Part shown: positions 27,849-37,232 of the stretch, in pieces
Layout: every line of letters starts with the position of its first letter
Position numbering within the stretch: position 1 is the stretch's first letter
From: Bacteroidales bacterium
GTDB taxonomy: Bacteria > Bacteroidota > Bacteroidia > Bacteroidales > JAADJA01
DNA: 64,000 nt
Direction: 5' to 3'
Assembly: GCA_016933115.1 (NCBI GenBank)
Contig: JAFGBL010000296.1
Span: forward strand, 1,170 to 65,169
Made by a program: the position numbers and the translations under genes
Notes under the pieces: model-generated
Told to the model about the DNA's origin: nothing
Database searches by the model: none
Seen by the model: only the letters and a program-made list of their open reading frames with translations

Positions 27849-29092
27849 TGTATCGAATCTTGCCTAAAAAACAAACATGCATCCCCGTAGCTCAAAAACC
27901 TGAAATCGTGGTTGAGGGCGTAACGGTAAGCAGCTTTCCATCCGTCACCGATAAAAGCTGAAACCAACAGCAATAACGTACTTCTTGGCATATGAAAATT
28001 GGTAATAAGAATATCTGCAATTTTAAATTTGTAGCCGGGTACGATCATCAGCTGGGTTTGCCCCGATATATTTTCAACGCGATTTTCGTCCATGAACTCC
28101 AGTACTTTCCTCAAAGATTCGTTTACCGGGATTCCTTGATTATAGCTTGGTTGATAAGGATCCCATTGTTTAATGTCAATATGTTGGCTGATTCTTTTTT
28201 CGGTCAATAATTTAACCCCGAACCAATAAAGGCTTTCAATGGTGCGGGTGGTGGTGGTTCCAACAACAATGATCTTTTTATCCAGATTTTGAAGTAAATT
28301 CAGAACAGTGTCTTTACTGATAAAAATTTTCTCAGTATGCATTTCATGCCGGCTGATAACTGCCTCCGATACAGGTCTGAAAGTGCCTGCCCCCACATGA
28401 AGTGTTACTTCTTCAAAGGAAATATTCTTTTTTTTCAGCGATTCAAGAACCTGTTCAGTAAAATGCAACCCGGCCGTTGGAGCTGCTACCGAGCCTTCCG
28501 ACCGGGCATAAATGGTTTGATACCTTTTTTTATCCGAATCAACAGCAGGACGGTGAACATAAGGCGGTAGAGGAATGATCCCCGAAGCCACTAAAATTTC
28601 CGAAAAAGATTTTGTTGCCGGTTCCCACTCAAATTTTATCAATGAATGATCGCGGTGCGTTTCAACCCTTTCAGCAGTAACAATCATTTTGCCTTCTCTA
28701 CTTTCGGTTCTTTTTATAAGCTTACCATCCTTCCATTTTTTTGAATTACCGATGAGGCATTTCCAGATAACTCCTGATTTTTGCGAGAAAGCTGTTTGTA
28801 TTTCCTGCGTTGGCGAAACCGGTTCAAGACAAAAAATCTCAATCTCAGCACCGGTTTTTTTTTGAAACAATATCCGAGCCTGAATTACCCTGGTTTCATT
28901 GTAAATCATTATTCCTGATTCAGGAAGGTAGTGAAATATATTTTTAAAGATATCTTCCGAAACGTTGTTGTCTTTCCAGATGAGCAGTTTTGATTCATCT
29001 CTGCGATCCAACGGAAATTGTGCAATCCTTTCAGGAGGAAGGTTATAGTCAAAATCGGAAATATGAATACCGGGTAAAAAATTCATACCCAA
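27845..29092 (-). CDS. queA: S-adenosylmethionine:tRNA ribosyltransferase-isomerase
   Basis: ISDFDYNLPPERIAQFP, YNETRVIQARI and TAGLHFT are QueA hallmarks. An alternative start lies at 29086. Confidence 0.9.
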   Translation of the reverse strand: MGMNFLPGIHISDFDYNLPPERIAQFPLDRRDESKLLIWKDNNVSEDIFKNIFHYLPESGIMIYNETRVIQARILFQKKTGAEIEIFCLEPVSPTQEIQTAFSQKSGVIWKCLIGNSKKWKDGKLIKRTESREGKMIVTAERVETHRDHSLIKFEWEPATKSFSEILVASGIIPLPPYVHRPAVDSDKKRYQTIYARSEGSVAAPTAGLHFTEQVLESLKKKNISFEEVTLHVGAGTFRPVSEAVISRHEMHTEKIFISKDTVLNLLQNLDKKIIVVGTTTTRTIESLYWFGVKLLTEKRISQHIDIKQWDPYQPSYNQGIPVNESLRKVLEFMDENRVENISGQTQLMIVPGYKFKIADILITNFHMPRSTLLLLVSAFIGDGWKAAYRYALNHDFRFLSYGDACLFFRQDSIQ

Positions 29093-29110
29093 AGAAAAGT
29101 AATTTTCAGA

Positions 29111-29401
29111 TTAATGGTTCATCAAATCCTGAATATTTATCTGGTTCTTATATATTTCGAGTAATTTTTCCTCTTCGATCAATTCAATTCGCTCGATCAG
29201 GTTATTCTCATCCAAATACCAAAGTTCGACAAAAATACCATTGATGCTATAAAGTTTAATCATGTATTGCCGGCTTCGTCTGCCAAAAAGTTCCTTGCCG
29301 TTCTTAAAAAGTTGATAGATCTGCTCGTTTTTAGGTAAGTTGCCGAAGTTGTTGGATGGCCGCATATAAGTATTGTTTAAGTCGTTAAAGATTCCGTCCA
29401 T
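29111..29401 (-). CDS. Hypothetical 96-aa protein
   Basis: An intact ORF 18 nt upstream of queA on the same strand. I recognise no motif. Confidence 0.4.
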   Translation of the reverse strand: MDGIFNDLNNTYMRPSNNFGNLPKNEQIYQLFKNGKELFGRRSRQYMIKLYSINGIFVELWYLDENNLIERIELIEEEKLLEIYKNQINIQDLMNH

Positions 29402-29404
29402 GGA

Positions 29405-29440
29405 TTTAACCTGAAAAATTCAAGAATTTTTCAGGTTAAA
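29405..29440. promoter_or_regulatory. Perfect 16-bp inverted repeat (4-nt spacer) abutting the start of ORF 29111..29401
   Basis: tttaacctgaaaaatt caag aatttttcaggttaaa. The 3' arm on the minus strand ends 3 nt before the ATG. Confidence 0.6.
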
Positions 29441-29585
29441 AAACAAATATATAAAAGCGATAATTTTCAATATTCAAGATAAGGTTAAATTCTTCAACTA
29501 ACTGATTGAGATGTATCTATAAAAACTTGATTTAAATCAGGATAAAGATCAATATGTTTCATATTTTTGTATAAATACTTTAAAA

Positions 29586-30287
29586 ATGGCAGAGAACAAA
29601 ATTGCTCTTGATACGAGTTGTGTGGTTGAAAACCAGCATATTAATTGTTTTGATCAGCTAACTGATGAAGAAAAAAAGATAATTGCTGAACATACCGTCA
29701 ACATAAAATATAAAAAGGGCGAAATCATTGCCAAACAGGGTTCTTTTGCCTCGCACGTAATCCTGCTGAACGAAGGGCTGGTGAAAATCTACCTGGAAGG
29801 AAATCCAAAAGACCTGATCATTAAGATCATTCCATCCAACCACCTGATCACGCTCTCTTCCATTTACGAAGGGAACAATACCTTTATCTATTCAGCCGCA
29901 ACATATTTGGATACCACAGCCAGCTTGATCGATGCCGATATTTTCAAACAATTGATCCGTAAAAATTCAAAATTTGCCGCCAAAATCATCAACATCCTGA
30001 ATGAAAATACGGCGCAACTTTACCACCGGTTCTATTCCCTCACCCGAAAGCAGTCGCATGGCCGGGTTGCTGATATTTTGCTATGTTTATCTCAAGGCGT
30101 ATACAAATCGGCACAATTTAACCTGGCATTATCCAGGAACGACCTGGCCGACCTTACAGGGCTTTCGCCCGAAAGCGTGATCCGGATATTTAAGGAGTTC
30201 AAAGAAGAAAAACTGATTGATGTACATGGCAAAACCATTAATATCATAGATTTTAGTGTCTTGGAAAGGATCAGCCTCTATGGATAA
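29586..30287 (+). CDS. Crp/Fnr-family transcriptional regulator
   Basis: A cNMP-binding beta-roll followed by the C-terminal HTH SRNDLADLTGLSPESVIRIFKEF. Confidence 0.85.
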   Translation: MAENKIALDTSCVVENQHINCFDQLTDEEKKIIAEHTVNIKYKKGEIIAKQGSFASHVILLNEGLVKIYLEGNPKDLIIKIIPSNHLITLSSIYEGNNTFIYSAATYLDTTASLIDADIFKQLIRKNSKFAAKIINILNENTAQLYHRFYSLTRKQSHGRVADILLCLSQGVYKSAQFNLALSRNDLADLTGLSPESVIRIFKEFKEEKLIDVHGKTINIIDFSVLERISLYG

Positions 30288-30455
30288 TGTGATTCCATAA
30301 AGTGGTTTCACAAAGAATTTCGATAAATCTTTTCGATCAGACATAATCAAAGACATTTCTTAGCGAATTTTTTAATATGCTTACCTTTAGATTTAATTGC
30401 ATAATACATCTATTTTTTATATATTTGTTTCAAAATCCCTAAAAATGAACAAGTC

Positions 30456-30674
30456 ATGAAAATGGTTTTGGCTAATCTTGCAATTCTTTTTGGAGCTATC
30501 GGTTTTGTAGGTTATCTTTTCCTGATAATCGCCAGTGCATTCGGTTGTTGTGCAGGTCTTACTTCCCTGGGTTATCAAAAGGTGATTATGGGAATACTGG
30601 CAATTGCCGTAATGATTTTTGGAATTTGCATGTTTAACAACTGTAGTAAAATCAGGAAAAAAACCAACGACTGA
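30456..30674 (+). CDS. Small two-TM membrane protein
   Basis: A 72-aa protein with two hydrophobic helices and a basic tail. Confidence 0.4.
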   Translation: MKMVLANLAILFGAIGFVGYLFLIIASAFGCCAGLTSLGYQKVIMGILAIAVMIFGICMFNNCSKIRKKTND

Positions 30675-30780
30675 TCCTCTTTACCGTTAGGCTTAAAACA
30701 AATATTTTCCATTACTTTTTGGAATTCAACCATAATCTCATTTGTTAACCGCAATATGATTAATTTTGAAAACGAAAAAT

Positions 30781-31548
30781 ATGCGGTTTCGTAATAACAA
30801 CTTGAAAAAATACATACCCAATACCATTACACTTTTAAATTTGCTCAGTGGCAGCATAGGAATTGTTTATGCCATCAATGGGGAACTCAGAGTAGCCTCG
30901 TGGCTCGTAGGGCTGGCTGCTATTTTTGATTTCCTGGATGGATTTGCAGCCAGGTTGCTAAATGTAAAATCTGAAATCGGCAAGGAACTCGACTCGCTGG
31001 CGGATGTAATTTCTTTTGGACTGTTACCAGGAACAATCATTTATAGCATGCTTTGGCTGAACCCGGGTACCCCCCAAATTACTATTTCCGATAACAACAT
31101 CTTTCCATTTATTGGGTTGCTGATTCCTGTTTTTTCAGCAATTCGTTTGGCCAAATTCAATATCGACCAGCGGCAAACTTATTTTTTTCTGGGGCTGCCG
31201 ACACCTGCGAACGGTTTGTTGATCGCTTCCTTTCCATTGATCCTGATTCAGAATTCCAATCTGATAGGAACAGACCTGGTTTTTTATAAATCACTGATCA
31301 ATAGTTCATATTTTTTAATCTCACTTGTCGTTTTGCTTTGCTGGTTGTTGATCTCTGAAATTCCATTAATGTCATTAAAATTTAAAACTATGCAGTGGAA
31401 AGGAAATGAATTGCGTTACACTTTTGTCGGGACTCTGTTAATCTTACTTATCTTGTTGAATGTCGCAGCAGTACCTCTAATTGTGCTCCTCTATATTTTA
31501 CTTTCTTTGATTTTCCCAGATTCTGTCAAGGGAGGAATATCAACATAA
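30781..31548 (+). CDS. pssA: CDP-diacylglycerol--serine O-phosphatidyltransferase
   Basis: CDP-alcohol phosphatidyltransferase motif DFLDGFAARLLNVKSEIGKELDSLADVISFG. ATG at 30781 (the ORF is open from 30766). Confidence 0.85.
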   Translation: MRFRNNNLKKYIPNTITLLNLLSGSIGIVYAINGELRVASWLVGLAAIFDFLDGFAARLLNVKSEIGKELDSLADVISFGLLPGTIIYSMLWLNPGTPQITISDNNIFPFIGLLIPVFSAIRLAKFNIDQRQTYFFLGLPTPANGLLIASFPLILIQNSNLIGTDLVFYKSLINSSYFLISLVVLLCWLLISEIPLMSLKFKTMQWKGNELRYTFVGTLLILLILLNVAAVPLIVLLYILLSLIFPDSVKGGIST

Positions 31549-31575
31549 ATTATTTTTCAGGTATCTTTGCAAGCC

Positions 31576-32421
31576 ATGCAAGAGACGATTTCCAATAAGA
31601 AAAAAAATCAGCCGCCACCCGAAAAGGAAATGTCCTTCTGGGAGCACCTTGAAGAGTTGCGCGGTCATATTTTCAGGTCGCTTGCTGTTATTCTTGTTTT
31701 TGCTATAGCTGCTTTCATAGCCAAAAAGTACATATTCGATTATGTGATACTGGCTCCCAAAGATGCCGATTTCCTCACCAACCGGTTGCTTTGTAAGCTT
31801 GGCGATTTATTATCGGTTGAAGCCTTGTGTATCGGCCGGATGGATTTGAATATCCAGAACATCAACATGTCAGGTCAATTTATGACCCATATGTATGTTT
31901 CGTTGTTTGCAGGATTGATTGTAGCCGCACCCTACGTCATTTGGGAATTATGGCGTTTTATTATGCCCGCTTTGCATCCAAAGGAAAAAAAATATTCCCA
32001 GGGAGCGGTATTTGTTAGTTCACTCTTATTTCTGCTGGGAGTTCTTTTTGCCTATTTTTTAATTGTTCCGCTTACTATTAATTTTCTGGGTACTTACCAG
32101 GTAAGTGAGGATGTTCCAAACCAAATCCAGCTAAATTCCTTCATCAGCACAATTATTTCGGTAACCATCGCGGTGGGTATTGTTTTTGAGCTCCCGATCC
32201 TGGTGTTTTTCCTTACGAAAGTCGGATTGGTGACACCTGCATTTTTAAAGAAAAACCGGAAATATATGCTTGTCATCGTATTGATCATTTCAGCGATTAT
32301 CACACCTCCGGACGTCTTTAGCCAAATATTAGTTTGTATTCCGCTGCTTGGCCTATATGAGATAAGTATTTCCATTGCCAAAAGGGTTTATAAAAAAAGG
32401 GAATCAAACCTGGCAGGATAA
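31576..32421 (+). CDS. tatC: Twin-arginine translocase subunit TatC
   Basis: MSFWEHLEELRGHIFRSL and six TM segments. ATG at 31576. Confidence 0.9.
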   Translation: MQETISNKKKNQPPPEKEMSFWEHLEELRGHIFRSLAVILVFAIAAFIAKKYIFDYVILAPKDADFLTNRLLCKLGDLLSVEALCIGRMDLNIQNINMSGQFMTHMYVSLFAGLIVAAPYVIWELWRFIMPALHPKEKKYSQGAVFVSSLLFLLGVLFAYFLIVPLTINFLGTYQVSEDVPNQIQLNSFISTIISVTIAVGIVFELPILVFFLTKVGLVTPAFLKKNRKYMLVIVLIISAIITPPDVFSQILVCIPLLGLYEISISIAKRVYKKRESNLAG

Positions 32422-32427
32422 GGATTT

Positions 32428-33210
32428 TTATAAAATGCACTCTTTTTCTAAAAACTCACTAAAAATCTCACACAATTTTCCCGGGTTGTCGGCATGAACC
32501 CAATGGGAAGCGTTTTCAACAGTTTTGAACCGCGCCGATGGAAAATTTTTCAAGATCAATTTGGGGTCATTTTCATCGATGTATTTAGATGCTCCGCCTT
32601 TCACAAAAAGAGTAGGTTTCTCGAAAGTAAACGGTGTATCTACCCCTTCAAATACGTTTTCTATGTTGTTGTAAATGGCCTCAGCATTCAATCTCCAGGC
32701 CAGCCGGTTCTTGCCGATCCGGTACAAATTTTTCAGGATGAACATCCTGATCCGTTTCGATTGTATCTGTTTGGCGATGATCTCCTCAACCTCCTCACGG
32801 GTTTCCACTTGGTCGAAATCCACAGAAAGCATAGCGTTCAGGATCGTCATGTGCTCTTGACGTGCGGGATATGCCCGGGTACTGATGTCGACAACGATGA
32901 GTTTATCTACCCTGCCCGGATTTTCCAGGCAAAATTTCATGGCTACTTTGCCCCCCATGGAGTGGCCAATTAGTGTTGGATTTATCAATTGGTGGTCATT
33001 GATCAATTCGAACAGGTCGTCCACCAGGGCAAAATAGTTAAAGGCGGCACTATGGGGGGACTGCCCGTGGTTGCGCTGATCAGGAATATATACTTCAAAT
33101 TTTTCAGCAAGCCTTCTTCCAATAGTTACCCAGTTATCCGATATGCCAAAAATCCCGTGCAATATGATCACAGGCTTGCCTTCACCGAATTTTCTATAAA
33201 AAAGCTTCAT
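32428..33210 (-). CDS. Alpha/beta hydrolase (YbfF-like esterase)
   Basis: The HGIFG oxyanion region and the GHSMGG nucleophile elbow, 260 aa. Confidence 0.8.
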   Translation of the reverse strand: MKLFYRKFGEGKPVIILHGIFGISDNWVTIGRRLAEKFEVYIPDQRNHGQSPHSAAFNYFALVDDLFELINDHQLINPTLIGHSMGGKVAMKFCLENPGRVDKLIVVDISTRAYPARQEHMTILNAMLSVDFDQVETREEVEEIIAKQIQSKRIRMFILKNLYRIGKNRLAWRLNAEAIYNNIENVFEGVDTPFTFEKPTLFVKGGASKYIDENDPKLILKNFPSARFKTVENASHWVHADNPGKLCEIFSEFLEKECIL

Positions 33211-34811
33211 CAGATCAAATTTTTCTTTTTTCTGATCCCAAACACAATCGTCAACAAAATGAAAATAACCGAAAGGAAAGCGGAAATCCTGCCGATATAA
33301 TCACCCATTTGGGAATAAAAGGTGATCTTCGAATTGAGGTTAATGTCCTGTTTAATTACGTCCGGTTCCCAATAATTGGTCGCCTGATGAATCTCTCCCC
33401 TTTGATCGACAAAACATGATATACCTGTATTGGCTGAACGTGCAATACTTCTTCGGGTTTCAACTGCCCGGAGGGGAGAAAAATAGAGGTGCTGTTTGTG
33501 GCCGGGAGTATTGCCCCACCAGCCGTCGTTTGTGATCACGAATATCACATCCGCCCCTTTTTTTATAAATTGGCCGGTAAACTCGCCATAAACCGATTCA
33601 TAACAAATCAATGGTGCAATATAAATGGAATCGGTTGTGATAAATGGATATTGATCCCGATCGATACCCAATGAACCGACCGTTCCACCCAGGTCAATGG
33701 CCAGGTTTTCCAGGAAACTCAACGGCCCCCAGGAAGGCATGTATTCAACCCCAGGAGTGAGTTTTGATTTATGATGTCGTTGGAACCGGCCTGATGTATC
33801 GATCAAAAAAGCAGTATTGTATCTGTCGTAGTAGAAATTCATTTTTTTGTGATACCGAGCTGATGATGGCACTTTTTCACCCTCTAAAATCCTCCTGTAT
33901 GTTGAAGCACCAATCACAATATTTAATTTAGGGTGTTCCTCGGCATATGCATTTAGTTTTGTCAAACTGGGCGACCACTCCAGGTTTCCTTCCCAAATGT
34001 CTTCCTGAATGGCCGATTCTGGAGCCACGATAAACCTGACCTTATCATCCATTAATTCTTCTGCAAGGCTTAAATTCCGGTTGATCACTTCCAGCGGTGG
34101 AAGGGTGTATTGTTCTGAATATGGATCCAGGTCAGGCTGAGTAACAATCACCCTGATGGGATTTTGCTTTTCCTCATAACCAAAATAAATCAAATAGGAA
34201 ATCAAAATAGGAATAAGGATCAATCCAAAAGCAAGCCCACCATGAATTATAAAATTCCTTTTTAATTTCGAACCGGGTTTTAAGACCTTGAAGAAAAGTA
34301 TGTTAATAACCAGGACCCATAGGGTTCCACCAAGTATTCCGGAATATTCATACCACTGGATCCATTTGATATAGGTGGCAAAACCATGCCCCAGGTTCAG
34401 CCACGCCCAGGTAAGTTTCCAGTTGATGTGGACAAACTCAAAGGTAATCCATAAAAACGGCAACACAAAATATCCCTGGTATTTACCGTACACATTCTTT
34501 CTGACTATATGGTACACATTAAATACAATCGACATGAACATGGCATTGAACAGCCAGGCCAGGGTAGCTACCGGAGTGGAATTCCAAATCCACCAGGAGG
34601 TAAGGAGGTTCCAGATGAAAAAACCGGGATATGTATAGAAAAACACACTGAATTTGCTGAAATTTTTATGGTTCTCAGCAATATGTTGTTCAATGATAAG
34701 CATGGGCACCAATGCCACAAAAAGAAAGGCAGGAAAACCGTTTACCGGCCAACCTATTGCAAACAAAATACCCGAAAGTGCACTGAGGATTAAAAGATGT
34801 ATTTTTTTCAT
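33210..34811 (-). CDS. lnt: Apolipoprotein N-acyltransferase
   Basis: A multi-TM N-terminal region plus a CN-hydrolase domain with APLICYESVYGEF. The start is set at MKKIHLL (the ORF is open to 34895). Confidence 0.85.
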   Translation of the reverse strand: MKKIHLLILSALSGILFAIGWPVNGFPAFLFVALVPMLIIEQHIAENHKNFSKFSVFFYTYPGFFIWNLLTSWWIWNSTPVATLAWLFNAMFMSIVFNVYHIVRKNVYGKYQGYFVLPFLWITFEFVHINWKLTWAWLNLGHGFATYIKWIQWYEYSGILGGTLWVLVINILFFKVLKPGSKLKRNFIIHGGLAFGLILIPILISYLIYFGYEEKQNPIRVIVTQPDLDPYSEQYTLPPLEVINRNLSLAEELMDDKVRFIVAPESAIQEDIWEGNLEWSPSLTKLNAYAEEHPKLNIVIGASTYRRILEGEKVPSSARYHKKMNFYYDRYNTAFLIDTSGRFQRHHKSKLTPGVEYMPSWGPLSFLENLAIDLGGTVGSLGIDRDQYPFITTDSIYIAPLICYESVYGEFTGQFIKKGADVIFVITNDGWWGNTPGHKQHLYFSPLRAVETRRSIARSANTGISCFVDQRGEIHQATNYWEPDVIKQDINLNSKITFYSQMGDYIGRISAFLSVIFILLTIVFGIRKKKNLI

Positions 34812-34894
34812 AACCGGTAAAAATGCCAGAAGGCAAAGATATTGAAAAGTGATAAATGATTTTTTTATTAATTTACAAGAACGCTGTCCTTGCA

Positions 34895-36112
34895 TTAGTG
34901 GTTATCAGAAGCAGGTAATCCGAATAGAAAATTGTTGTAGGGGTAACGTTTGATATGAATTTCTTTCACTTTGTTATAAATGATTTGCTTCAATTCATCT
35001 ATATTCTTTTTTTCCAGAGCACTGATGAACAAAGCCGGATAATCCGATTTAGCCATCCAGGTCTTTTTCAAATCATCCAGGGTAAGGTTTTCTTTGGCCG
35101 AAGGCGTTAGGTCATCCGGCTCTTTTTCCACATGGGAATAAGCATCAATTTTATTGAAAAGGATGATTGTAGGCTTGTTATTGGCTCCAATCTCACCCAA
35201 CGTTTGTTCCACTGTATTGATCTGGTCCTCGAAATCGGGATGGGAAATATCCACCACATGGATCAGCATATCCGATTCGCGCACCTCATCAAGTGTAGAT
35301 TTAAATGATTCAACGAGGTCATGAGGCAGTTTCCTGATGAAACCGACCGTATCCGACAACAGAAATGGTAAATTTCCAATAACTACTTTCCTGACCGTGG
35401 TATCCAGGGTGGCAAATAATTTATCCTCTGCAAATACATCCGACTTGCTTAGCAGGTTCATGATTGTAGATTTACCAACATTGGTATAACCAACCAATGC
35501 AATCTGCACCATATTTCCCCGATTTCCCCGCTGTGTAGCTTTCTGTTTGTCAATTTTCGCCAGTTTTTGCTTCAACAAGGCGATCCTGTCACGAATGATC
35601 CGACGGTCGGTTTCAATTTCCCGCTCTCCGGGGCCACGCAGTCCGATACCTCCTCTTTGTCTTTCCAGGTGGGTCCACATTCGGGTCAGGCGGGGTAGCA
35701 AATATTGATATTGTGCCAGTTCTACCTGTGTTTTGGCATGGGCAGTACGTGCCCGCCTGGCAAAAATATCCAGGATCAGGTTGTTGCGGTCAAGTATCCG
35801 GCAACTTAAGGCTTTTTCCAGGTTACGTATCTGGGAGGGATTCAACTCATCATCGAAAATGGCGATATCGATTTCGTTTTCCTGAACATAATTTTTAATA
35901 TCTGTCAATTTCCCGGAGCCAACAAAGGTTTTGGAGTCGTGCATTTCGAGGCGCTGAACAAATCTTTTTACAGGAATAGCACCGGCAGTATCCACCAGAA
36001 AAGTCAATTCGTTCAGATACTCAGTCACTCTTTCTTCCGTTTCATGGCGGGTAATCACACCTATCAGAATGGCTGTCTCTTTTCGAATTTTTGTATCGAT
36101 AAGTTCTGGCAA
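34895..36112 (-). CDS. hflX: GTPase HflX
   Basis: HflX N-domain, then G1 GYTNVGKST and G3 DTVGF. Confidence 0.9.
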   Translation of the reverse strand: MPELIDTKIRKETAILIGVITRHETEERVTEYLNELTFLVDTAGAIPVKRFVQRLEMHDSKTFVGSGKLTDIKNYVQENEIDIAIFDDELNPSQIRNLEKALSCRILDRNNLILDIFARRARTAHAKTQVELAQYQYLLPRLTRMWTHLERQRGGIGLRGPGEREIETDRRIIRDRIALLKQKLAKIDKQKATQRGNRGNMVQIALVGYTNVGKSTIMNLLSKSDVFAEDKLFATLDTTVRKVVIGNLPFLLSDTVGFIRKLPHDLVESFKSTLDEVRESDMLIHVVDISHPDFEDQINTVEQTLGEIGANNKPTIILFNKIDAYSHVEKEPDDLTPSAKENLTLDDLKKTWMAKSDYPALFISALEKKNIDELKQIIYNKVKEIHIKRYPYNNFLFGLPASDNH

Positions 36113-36172
36113 TTTCTATTTCCGTTTAAATTTTAATAGAATAACGAAGGAGCTGTATGATAATTACATCTT

Positions 36173-37162
36173 TTACCTAAAACCGATTATCTGCCTCACC
36201 TCATGTATGGTTTTACTACCACTTGCCCTGGCTTTTTCCTTACCTATTTCCATCACTTTTTTAATGTAATCATCATCAGCTGAAAGTTGTTTGATTTTCT
36301 CCCTGATGGGGTCGGTAAATTTAATAATATCTTCGGAAAGTTGTTTTTTCATATCTCCATACCGGATCTCACAACTGTTGAATTTATCATTGAAATAGTC
36401 TACCGTATCTGGTGTGGAAACAGCCTGCATAAGGGTAAATAAATTCTGGACAGGGTCCGACTTTTTTGCATTTTTTTCTACTGGTCCGGTATCAGTTACC
36501 GCACGCATCACTTTTTTACGGATCACGTTGGGCTCATCTGCAAGGAATACGGCATTACCTTCACCCTCTGACTTTCCCATTTTCCCCGATCCATCAAGAC
36601 CGGGGATTTTAACCAGGTCATCCCCAAAATTATAAGCAACTGGTTCCGGGAAATATTCCACTTTATATAGTCGATTGAATCGATTGGCAAAAGTCCGGGT
36701 CATTTCAAGGTGTTGCTCCTGATCCTTTCCAACCGGTACTTTGTGTGATCTGTGTATAAGAATATCTGCTGCCATCAAAGTCGGATAGGTGAGTAATCCT
36801 GCATTGATATTATTGGGTTGCGATTTGGCTTTTTCCTTGAATGTGGTAACCCTTTCCAATTCCCCTTTATATGCATTCATATTGAGAAAAAGGTAGAGTT
36901 CGGCAGTTTCCGGCAGGTCGCTCTGAACATATATTGTTGCAGCTTCCGGATCCAGCCCACAGGCAAGGTATTCAACGAGAACCTGTTTTACATTTCCTTG
37001 TAGGTTTTCAGGTGTAGGATGGGTCGTAAGAGAGTGGTAATCAGCAATAAAAAAATAGCAATTGTTTTCGTACTGCATTTTAGTGAAATTCCGTAGCGCT
37101 CCAAAATAATTTCCCAAATGCAGGTTTCCGGTTGGTCGAATGCCGCTTAAAACAATATCCAT
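36173..37162 (-). CDS. trpS: Tryptophan--tRNA ligase
   Basis: Class I HIGH-like GNLHLGNY and KMSKS-like KMGKS, 329 aa. Confidence 0.9.
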   Translation of the reverse strand: MDIVLSGIRPTGNLHLGNYFGALRNFTKMQYENNCYFFIADYHSLTTHPTPENLQGNVKQVLVEYLACGLDPEAATIYVQSDLPETAELYLFLNMNAYKGELERVTTFKEKAKSQPNNINAGLLTYPTLMAADILIHRSHKVPVGKDQEQHLEMTRTFANRFNRLYKVEYFPEPVAYNFGDDLVKIPGLDGSGKMGKSEGEGNAVFLADEPNVIRKKVMRAVTDTGPVEKNAKKSDPVQNLFTLMQAVSTPDTVDYFNDKFNSCEIRYGDMKKQLSEDIIKFTDPIREKIKQLSADDDYIKKVMEIGKEKARASGSKTIHEVRQIIGFR

Positions 37163-37232
37163 AAAACTTTAATTCTTAATTAGCAGTACTTTAAAGTCTG
37201 CAAATATCTCAATAATATCCAAATGCAAAAAG

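Noticed and set aside
30288-30312. TGTGA-N15-TCACA just after the Crp/Fnr gene stop
   Set aside because: The spacing is wrong for a CRP-type site (N6), and its position at a gene 3' end suggests chance or a weak hairpin.
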